55,186 nucleotides of DNA from Acidithiobacillus sp. (GTDB lineage: Bacteria; Pseudomonadota; Gammaproteobacteria; Acidithiobacillales; Acidithiobacillaceae), in contig JBBIUH010000001.1 of NCBI GenBank assembly GCA_037440305.1, forward strand, positions 1 through 55,186. Reading direction: 5' to 3'. The notes beneath the pieces are model-generated. The model was not told the origin of the DNA. It saw nothing but the letters and a program-made list of their open reading frames with translations, and did not search any database. Position 1 is the first letter of the stretch, and each line of letters begins with the position of its first letter. This document shows, piece after piece, positions 8,446 through 14,411 of this stretch. The position numbers were made by a program, and so were the translations under genes.

Positions 8446-9444
8446 TCACAGGGCGATGACCACGTCATCGGGATTCAGGGCGGCAGACGGACTCACACGC
8501 CGCTGTTCGGCCCGCTTCCACAAGGTCCGCAACTGCTCGCAGTGCTTGAGCAGCGCACCGACCGAGTGGCCTTCGCGGCGGTAGTACGGGTCTTCCAGGT
8601 CGAGGTAATACCGGGCCACCGCCGGGGCCTCACCGCCCAGGCGGCGCACCAGATGGGCCAACTGGCCGTTGATGGTGCCGTTGCGGACGGGATCCACGCC
8701 ATAGCGTTCACGGTAGGCCGCGCTGTAGGCCGTCCAGGCGGGGACCGTGGATACCCGTGGTTTGGCGACCTTGGCCTTCGGTTCCGGTGGTGGAGCGATG
8801 TTGCTCAGCGCCACTGGCGGCAGAAGCGGTGTCTGGCAGTGTGGCTCGGTAGGCGGTGGTCCCTGAGTTCGTGAGCCAACGGGTGACGGTGACACCGAAG
8901 CGTCAGCTTCGGTGTAAGGCTTTTTATCTTTTATTTTACCGGATACCGGATGTAGGGGGCTCATCCCTTCCAAGGTCTCGGGTGTTGATCGGGGGCTCAT
9001 CCGGGGGCTCATTTCGCTGGAGGCAACGGATTTATTAGGTTTCTGTTGGGTGTCCGTCCGGGTGCTCATGGTCGGGCGCTCATCGGGTACTGATCGGGGG
9101 CTCATCCGCGAGACAGACCTATCCTTGTGCGCGCACGGCAATCGAAAAACGAGTTGCTTGTCATAGGGTAACTGCTCTATGACCCCACACTTTTTCAGGA
9201 CCTCCAGCGCATGCCGTACCCCGTCCATCGTGATCGTGGCCTGCTCATCACAATGTCTTCCGCGCTGCTCAGGAACCTCCAGTTCTTCCCGGATGGAGCG
9301 TCGACTGATGCGGCGTTTCAGGCCGACAATCCTGGTGGTGTAGTCCATATAGGGGCGTATGGCCCGAAAATAGGCCAGCTGAGCAGACCATGGCTGCCCA
9401 TAGAGCATGTCCAGTTCGTCGTCAGTAATGAGATAGGACGTCAT
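8446..9444 (-). CDS. Phage-type replication initiator (lambda O-like architecture)
   Basis: N-terminal wHTH-like region, central repeat-rich linker, C-terminal 'AYRERYGVDPVRNG..NGQL..LVRRLG' domain; directly upstream of the DnaC-like gene. Confidence 0.75.
   Translation of the reverse strand: MTSYLITDDELDMLYGQPWSAQLAYFRAIRPYMDYTTRIVGLKRRISRRSIREELEVPEQRGRHCDEQATITMDGVRHALEVLKKCGVIEQLPYDKQLVFRLPCAHKDRSVSRMSPRSVPDERPTMSTRTDTQQKPNKSVASSEMSPRMSPRSTPETLEGMSPLHPVSGKIKDKKPYTEADASVSPSPVGSRTQGPPPTEPHCQTPLLPPVALSNIAPPPEPKAKVAKPRVSTVPAWTAYSAAYRERYGVDPVRNGTINGQLAHLVRRLGGEAPAVARYYLDLEDPYYRREGHSVGALLKHCEQLRTLWKRAEQRRVSPSAALNPDDVVIAL
8915..9108. repeat. Putative replication origin: six GGGNGCTCAT iterons plus an adjacent AT-rich tract
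   Basis: GGGGGCTCAT at 8955, 8991, 9003, 9096; GGGTGCTCAT at 9060; GGGCGCTCAT at 9074; 18-mer TGATCGGGGGCTCATCCG at 8986 and 9091; T-rich tract at ~8921-8938. Confidence 0.75.
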
Positions 9445-9446
9445 CT

Positions 9447-9668
9447 TCAATCCTCCAGAATCAACACACCGTTGCATGCGGGCACCGGGGCGAGGGGTAG
9501 GCGCAGATGCACCTCACCATTGGGCATCCGTGTCCGCTCGATCAGCCCGCACCGCTCCAGGTCGTCCAGAGCCTCGTCCACCATCTCTCGGGTGATGGCC
9601 TGCCGTAGGAAAGGCTGCGCCCCTCGTCGTTTCGCTTGTTCCCGCCGCTTGCGTTCAGCTTTCGTCAT
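9447..9668 (-). CDS. Small wHTH-like protein resembling a segment of the downstream initiator
   Basis: SD AGGAGG; AITREMVDEALDDLERCGLIE...LRLPLA versus initiator TITMDGVRHALEVLKKCGVIE...FRLPCA. Confidence 0.6.
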   Translation of the reverse strand: MTKAERKRREQAKRRGAQPFLRQAITREMVDEALDDLERCGLIERTRMPNGEVHLRLPLAPVPACNGVLILED

Positions 9669-9948
9669 CACGCGTCCTCCTGATCCAGTCCAATGAAGCG
9701 GGTTTCCAATACCCGCCGCCTTGCTCAAAGAAAAGTTCCAACCGGGACCGCGCTAGTAGCCAGTCGGCCATGTTCATGTCGCCGATCCGCGCCAAAACGG
9801 CATCGTCGTCTGGAACAAGACCGTGCTTCTGGGCGTAGAGCAGCAGCAGGAACAGGGCGGCGTGTTCTCCCGGCCGGAAATCGGACGTCTCCGCCATGTA
9901 CTCCGGGACGGAAATCGCCAGTCCCCGGGGCTTGCTTCCACAATCCAA
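9655..9948 (-). CDS. DUF1376/YdaU-like phage protein
   Basis: 'EYMAETSDF...EHAALFLLLLY...VPDDDAVLARI' matches the YdaU/DUF1376 N-terminal pattern; TTG start uncertain. Confidence 0.65.
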   Translation of the reverse strand: MDCGSKPRGLAISVPEYMAETSDFRPGEHAALFLLLLYAQKHGLVPDDDAVLARIGDMNMADWLLARSRLELFFEQGGGYWKPASLDWIRRTRDDES

Positions 9949-9952
9949 AACT

Positions 9953-11218
9953 TCACGCCCTCCTCCCGTCGATCACGCAACGCCCGGCCTCAATGCGCAG
10001 GTGGCGGCCGCCGCGGCTGACCAGTACCGTGCCAGGACTGCCGTGATGCACGGCGCAGACCTGCGTCACGGCGCCACGGGCGGACCGAATAGCATGCGCT
10101 CCCACCACCAGTTTCCCGTCCGGCCCCCAGACCGACACATCATCGGCATGGACGGCAATGGTGCGCAGGGCCACCGGCAGCAGCCATCCTCCCGGTCCAT
10201 AGACCCCATCGACGTTATAGGTGGAAGCCGCCCGGGAAAACGGAGCCGGTGACACGCCCGGCAGATCGCCTTCGCGCCAGAGCCAGGCCATCAGCGGCAG
10301 CGACAGCCCTACGGCCACCGCGATGGCCAGGCGCTTGTGGCGGCGCGCGGCCCTGATCCGCAGGAGTTTGGTGCCGGGGGGAAAGAGGTCAGGCACTTGA
10401 ATAGAATTTATGGATTCCATATAATTTGATTCATGGAGAAACGAAAAGCCCACTACTCCCTGCCAGAGATCAAGGCATCTGTTGCTCGCCTTGGGATCGG
10501 CGCTTTTACCGCTACCGCTTTGCAGGGACTGGGTCTGATGGGTCTTTCTCCGCCCGACGGCCTGGCCGTTGTGTTGGGCCTGCAACCGGAAATGCTGTTC
10601 AAAAGCATGACCACTTACGCGGATAGCCAGGTATGGCAGGATGTTTATCACGCCATCTGTCCCAACGGGAAAACGGCCTACATCAAAATCACGTTGCGCC
10701 CGGGGACCGTGGTGATTCAGTTCAAGGAGCTTTGACATGACAGAAAAACGCTTTTGCTTGCAGTGCGACGACGGCACGGAACTTGTGCATGAGCGCAAGG
10801 ACATGATCATTTCCGTGGATGGCTTGACCGTTACCGTACCGGCCATCGCCGGATGGCATTGTCCGGTCTGCGGAGAATGCGAATTTGATGCGGGTGAAGC
10901 GCAGCGGTATGCAAACGCGTTGAGCGCGTTGCGTAAGGATGCCGCCACCCACCAGGGGCAGGCGTTACGCGCAGCGCGTAAACGTCTGCACCTGAGCCAG
11001 AAAGATGCCGGACTGCTTTTCGGCGGTGGCGCATCCGCGTTTTCCGAATACGAGCGCGGCAAGACCCAACCCCATAAGTCTACGGTCCTCTTGCTAAAAC
11101 TGCTCGAAAAGCATCCGGAACTCATGAACGAGATCAGACGGGCGGGATAAGTTCCAAACCTGTCAGGAATAGGGACTCCAAGGTGACGGGTTTGCGGCTG
11201 CGCGCTGAAATGGCTCAT
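9953..11218 (-). CDS. Hypothetical membrane-anchored protein interrupted in-frame by an antisense mqsRA cassette (ancestral ~163 aa; frame still open over 421 codons)
   Basis: ATG at 11218 has SD GGAGG and an ATGA overlap with the upstream ORF; TM segment LAIAVAVGLSLPLMAWLW; GTCAGG direct repeat flanks a 774-bp insert. Confidence 0.5.
   Translation of the reverse strand: MSHFSAQPQTRHLGVPIPDRFGTYPARLISFMSSGCFSSSFSKRTVDLWGWVLPRSYSENADAPPPKSSPASFWLRCRRLRAARNACPWWVAASLRNALNAFAYRCASPASNSHSPQTGQCHPAMAGTVTVKPSTEMIMSLRSCTSSVPSSHCKQKRFSVMSKLLELNHHGPRAQRDFDVGRFPVGTDGVINILPYLAIRVSGHAFEQHFRLQAQHNGQAVGRRKTHQTQSLQSGSGKSADPKASNRCLDLWQGVVGFSFLHESNYMESINSIQVPDLFPPGTKLLRIRAARRHKRLAIAVAVGLSLPLMAWLWREGDLPGVSPAPFSRAASTYNVDGVYGPGGWLLPVALRTIAVHADDVSVWGPDGKLVVGAHAIRSARGAVTQVCAVHHGSPGTVLVSRGGRHLRIEAGRCVIDGRRA
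10397..10425 (+). promoter_or_regulatory. Sigma-70 promoter of mqsRA with a palindromic operator in the spacer
   Basis: TTGAAT(10397)-17 bp-TATAAT(10420); palindrome TATGGA-T-TCCATA at 10409-10421; ATG at 10433. Confidence 0.75.
10433..10735 (+). CDS. mqsR: MqsR family mRNA interferase toxin
   Basis: MEKRKAHYSL...FKSMTTYAD..WQDVYH...YIK...VIQFKE signature. Confidence 0.93.
   Translation: MEKRKAHYSLPEIKASVARLGIGAFTATALQGLGLMGLSPPDGLAVVLGLQPEMLFKSMTTYADSQVWQDVYHAICPNGKTAYIKITLRPGTVVIQFKEL
10737..11150 (+). CDS. mqsA: MqsA family antitoxin (Zn-finger + HTH)
   Basis: CLQC...CPVC Zn finger; HTH 'LSQKDAGLLFGGGASAFSEYERGKTQPH'. Confidence 0.93.
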   Translation: MTEKRFCLQCDDGTELVHERKDMIISVDGLTVTVPAIAGWHCPVCGECEFDAGEAQRYANALSALRKDAATHQGQALRAARKRLHLSQKDAGLLFGGGASAFSEYERGKTQPHKSTVLLLKLLEKHPELMNEIRRAG

Positions 11219-11307
11219 GGCTGACCCCCTCCCCATCCGCTGCGACGGCAGCCTCCATGGGAACCAGTGGGCAGACACGGGATGCGCCGGGCGCTTACGG
11301 TCCTCAT
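11215..11307 (-). CDS. 30-aa ORF translationally coupled at both ends
   Basis: MRTVSARRIPCLPTGSHGGCRRSGWGGGQP; ATGA overlaps with both neighbours. Confidence 0.4.
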   Translation of the reverse strand: MRTVSARRIPCLPTGSHGGCRRSGWGGGQP

Positions 11308-11510
11308 TCCTTCCCATCCTTCCGGGTTCGAGCCAGACGAATCAGGCGGCCGCGCACCGTTAATATGTGCGGTTCGGTGCCCGTAGACTGGCGAAGGCCC
11401 GCCGCGATCTCTGCGGCATCCGCTTCTGTGACCAAGCCATGGGTCCAGTCGGGCATCTGGAAGGCCCGACCGCAGTGAGTGCCATCAGGGTAGCCGCAGG
11501 TCCAAGTCAT
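11304..11510 (-). CDS. Hypothetical protein
   Basis: SD GAGG; ATGA overlap with the cro-like stop. Confidence 0.55.
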   Translation of the reverse strand: MTWTCGYPDGTHCGRAFQMPDWTHGLVTEADAAEIAAGLRQSTGTEPHILTVRGRLIRLARTRKDGKE

Positions 11511-11728
11511 CGTTTGTTTACCTCGCATAGATTGCGTCTTCCTAGGTATGGGCAGAGGTCGTCAATACTTACGCCAAAGTGCTTCGCAATAGCCCGTATC
11601 AGCGGTAGCGATGGCATAATGAGGCCGCGTTCAATACGGGAGATCGTCGATGGCGCAACTCCAACCTCCTTTGCGACATCCACCAAGGACTCCAGCCTAG
11701 CCTTTCGAAGTGAGCGGAGAGATTCCAT
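11507..11728 (-). CDS. Cro-like XRE HTH regulator
   Basis: LRSLRKARLESLVDVAKEVGVAPSTISRIERG; divergent from the repressor. Confidence 0.85.
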   Translation of the reverse strand: MESLRSLRKARLESLVDVAKEVGVAPSTISRIERGLIMPSLPLIRAIAKHFGVSIDDLCPYLGRRNLCEVNKR

Positions 11729-11818
11729 GCGGCCATTATTGCGCTATACGCAATTTTTTTACAACCATTATGCGTGGAGCGCTTTGCGCTATCAACAAGA
11801 ACGTTGCAGCCTACACGC
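11729..11818. promoter_or_regulatory. O_R-like divergent switch with TTGCG-N5-CGCAA operators
   Basis: ATTGCG-CTATA-CGCAAT at 11738-11754; degenerate copies at 11770 and 11784; minus-strand TTGTAA-18-AATAAT ending 6 nt before the cro ATG. Confidence 0.7.
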
Positions 11819-12247
11819 ATGAAGACCCTGGGTGAGGTGATACGAGAACTGCGGAAAGCGCGTGGCTGGACTCAGGAGGAGCTTGCTCACCGGGTGGGGT
11901 CAGATGCCGGGAACATCTCCAGACTGGAACGCGGTATCCAGGGTGCGTCCGAGAGTACATTGAGGGCGATAGCCAAGGCGTTCGATCTGCAATTGTCCGA
12001 CCTTTATGGCATAGCAGAAGAAGGGCATAGCATTGCCCTTGATCTGCAGATAGCCAGGGGTGCCGCTGGAGAAGAGACTATTTCGTCGCTACTTCAGATG
12101 CTTGCGAAGCGTTTCGATCGTGGCGATCCTGCCGTCCGTGAGGAGGTAGCGCGGCTGGTTCTGCGATACCTGGAAAATCCACAGGCGGGGGAGCGCATTG
12201 CCAAGGCAATCGAGACGCTCCTGGGTGGTGAGGATGGATCCAAGTGA
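11819..12247 (+). CDS. CI-like XRE repressor without an S24 peptidase domain
   Basis: MKTLGEVIRELRKARGWTQEELAHRVGSDAGNISRLERG; short helical C-terminus. Confidence 0.85.
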   Translation: MKTLGEVIRELRKARGWTQEELAHRVGSDAGNISRLERGIQGASESTLRAIAKAFDLQLSDLYGIAEEGHSIALDLQIARGAAGEETISSLLQMLAKRFDRGDPAVREEVARLVLRYLENPQAGERIAKAIETLLGGEDGSK

Positions 12248-12696
12248 TCCCCGAGTTCAACCGGCATGGACTTCTACCGCCGGGGATATGGGAATGCTCC
12301 AAGGAACAGGTAGCAGAAAGATTCTGCTGGAATCTTCTTAGATCGACACTATTTGAAAACCTCAACACATTTCTTTCTACCGAATGGAGGCAAACCAACA
12401 TCGAATGCCCAATACTCATAAATGGAAGCTTTGTGCGCAACATACCATCACCTTCCGATATCGATACGATACTTGACATGTCCCACACAAAATCCGACGA
12501 AACGCTAGCGCTTGCCCTTGCAGTACGATTGCGCCATGACGCCATCATGGCAGATCTTCGCGTTGATGTATGGGTGCATTATCCGAGATATTCAGATGAT
12601 TTTATAAAATATTTTCAACAGATTGGAACGAAAGCCGCAGCAGAGTTGCGATTGGGCAGCACATACCCGAAAGGTATCCTGAGGATATTGCCATGA
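12244..12696 (+). CDS. DUF6932-like minimal nucleotidyltransferase-fold protein
   Basis: MIPEFNRHGLLPPGI...INGSFV....PSDID (GS + DxD) and C-terminal KGIL; GTGA overlap with the cI stop. Confidence 0.7.
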   Translation: MIPEFNRHGLLPPGIWECSKEQVAERFCWNLLRSTLFENLNTFLSTEWRQTNIECPILINGSFVRNIPSPSDIDTILDMSHTKSDETLALALAVRLRHDAIMADLRVDVWVHYPRYSDDFIKYFQQIGTKAAAELRLGSTYPKGILRILP

Positions 12697-13649
12697 CTCA
12701 TAGAGAAAGTGCATATGATACGATGCGCGTTTTTCTCGAAAACATGGTCACCGAAGGACTGCTTGCAAAAGAAACAGGGGTTGATGCGACACCAAGACAG
12801 ATCGTAGACGCAACTTTCGAACAAATAATAAAAATTGCCGAAAAAAGTCTACCGCTAGCGCACTTGTTAGATAATTCCGATTTGGTCTTCCGCGCGGAAG
12901 GCCGTGGTGTAACGCAAATAATGCCATGGCTATCCTCACTGACCTGGCTCACCAGCACGGTGGAACAAAACTTGCGACGTCTGTCTGCCGCGGTCATTGA
13001 CTTGCTGGGTGCCAACGGTACCAAGCTTTCCAAGCAAATTGACTTGCGGGTTACCGGAATAGCTCCCGGAAGTTTGTGGTTTGGCACCAAGATACAGCCC
13101 CCATCGGCCGACTTGCTTCCAGAGGATGATCAACTCGTCATACGCCTTCTCAAGGCCATTGATCTTTTGCCCGTCCTTGCCAACGATATCGGAGATGATA
13201 GCGTGCTTCCTGGCGCGGCAGAGACCATGCCTGACCCGGCCTTACGCGATGTAGCGCTCCATACCCTCTTGAGCTTCTCGCCCACAGGCACTCGGGGTAT
13301 CGACACCTTGGAATTTTCCAGCCGAGGAAACGGTATTGCCAGATTGTCCCAGCATGATCGTGTCGTATTACGGTCGGCCTTGCGCTCACCCCTTGGAGAT
13401 CGGGCCCTTCATGGTGCATTCACAGGAGAAGTACGAGCGGCGGATTTAGATAAAACACGCTTCAACCTGCGTACGAAAGAAGGGGTTTTGCGGTGCATTG
13501 CGCCAGAACTCCACCCCGAGCAGGCACGGGCGATGCTCGGTCACCTTGCGTTGGTATCCGGGCGCTACGAAACCGACCGCGATGGACGTCCGCGATTGAT
13601 GATGGTGGAGAAGATAGAGACCGTACCCGAGACAAAGAAGCTGCTATGA
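12693..13649 (+). CDS. Hypothetical protein (possible C-terminal OB-fold), partner of the DUF6932 gene
   Basis: 318-aa ORF with ATGA overlap; C-terminal 'FTGEVRAADLDKTRFNL...LVSGRY' beta-rich pattern. Confidence 0.7.
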   Translation: MTHRESAYDTMRVFLENMVTEGLLAKETGVDATPRQIVDATFEQIIKIAEKSLPLAHLLDNSDLVFRAEGRGVTQIMPWLSSLTWLTSTVEQNLRRLSAAVIDLLGANGTKLSKQIDLRVTGIAPGSLWFGTKIQPPSADLLPEDDQLVIRLLKAIDLLPVLANDIGDDSVLPGAAETMPDPALRDVALHTLLSFSPTGTRGIDTLEFSSRGNGIARLSQHDRVVLRSALRSPLGDRALHGAFTGEVRAADLDKTRFNLRTKEGVLRCIAPELHPEQARAMLGHLALVSGRYETDRDGRPRLMMVEKIETVPETKKLL

Positions 13650-13680
13650 CGAGCTAGCGCCCGTCCGACGAGTGAGAATG

Positions 13681-13702
13681 CCCGCCCCTGAGGCGGGTTT
13701 TT
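13681..13702 (+). terminator. Rho-independent terminator of the cI-DUF6932-partner operon
   Basis: CCCGCC-CCTGA-GGCGGG followed by TTTTT. Confidence 0.75.
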
Positions 13703-13715
13703 CAACACTGATATT

Positions 13716-13753
13716 TTGCGGTTGACGCAATTTAATATTTGCGCATAATGCAT
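13716..13753 (+). promoter_or_regulatory. P_L/O_L-like promoter with two operators
   Basis: TTGACG(13722)-16-CATAAT(13744), overlapped by TTGCG-GTTGA-CGCAA (13716-13730) and TTGCG-CATAA-TGCAT (13739-13753). Confidence 0.75.
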
Positions 13754-13791
13754 TTATCGCTTGACCGTTACGTTGGCAAAGGAGAGCCGCC

Positions 13792-14019
13792 ATGATTCTC
13801 CCATTCACACACCAGTACGTCGTTCTGCAGGTGGCCGGCCCGTGCGGCTCGCCGGAGGGGATCGCTATAGATCTGCTCTCCACGGTAGTCCAGATCCGCC
13901 CCACCCTGCGACGGATCGGACTGGGCTTCAGCACCGGTGAATTGATCCGCATAGTAGATCTCACCCCGCCCACCTTGGGGCAAAATCTTGAGCTGGAGGT
14001 TCCCCATGTCCTCCACTAA
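13792..14019 (+). CDS. Hypothetical protein (first early gene)
   Basis: SD AGGAGAG; follows the P_L-like promoter. Confidence 0.5.
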   Translation: MILPFTHQYVVLQVAGPCGSPEGIAIDLLSTVVQIRPTLRRIGLGFSTGELIRIVDLTPPTLGQNLELEVPHVLH

Positions 14020-14239
14020 GCGCCGTCGCCCGCTGACCCTCCGCCAGATCCAACTCCTAAAACTGGCCCAAGCCGGATGCAAGACCAGCGTCATCGCCCG
14101 CGAACTCGGCATCCAGGAGGGCACCGTCTACGCCAAGCTGCGCGCCATCAACCAGGGCGCGCAGCGCGGTATTTATGAAATACCGCCCGAATTGGATATG
14201 CCCCTATTCCAGGAGGATGGCCACCATGGCTCGTATTGA
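14006..14239 (+). CDS. Stand-alone LuxR/GerE-type HTH protein
   Basis: LTLRQIQLLKLAQAGCKTSVIARELGIQEGTVYAKL; SD GGAGG. Confidence 0.75.
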   Translation: MSSTKRRRPLTLRQIQLLKLAQAGCKTSVIARELGIQEGTVYAKLRAINQGAQRGIYEIPPELDMPLFQEDGHHGSY

Positions 14240-14411
14240 TCTCAACAAGGACATCAAGGTAGCGGACATGCAGGCGGTGCTTTCCGCGATCCGGTCAGAA
14301 GCCGCCGCTCACGGGCTGCGCCTAGATCTCGCACGGGACGAAGACAATGTGTGGATCATTCGCCCTGCGCCGCCGAAGACCGAATCCACAAGCAAAGGAG
14401 CCCTGCAATGA
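14226..14411 (+). CDS. Hypothetical protein
   Basis: SD AGGAGG; overlaps both neighbours. Confidence 0.55.
   Translation: MARIDLNKDIKVADMQAVLSAIRSEAAAHGLRLDLARDEDNVWIIRPAPPKTESTSKGALQ

Noticed and set aside
1509-8584. Long plus-strand ORFs (1509-3083, 3696-4982, 5338-6687, 6651-7649, 7616-8584)
   Set aside because: Antisense shadows of GC-rich minus-strand genes with clear family motifs; Arg/Gly/His-rich with no recognisable domains.
8955-9108. Short repeats considered as a CRISPR array
   Set aside because: Repeats are 10-18 bp, irregularly spaced and inside a CDS, with no cas genes; iterons fit better. No CRISPR array was seen anywhere in the window.
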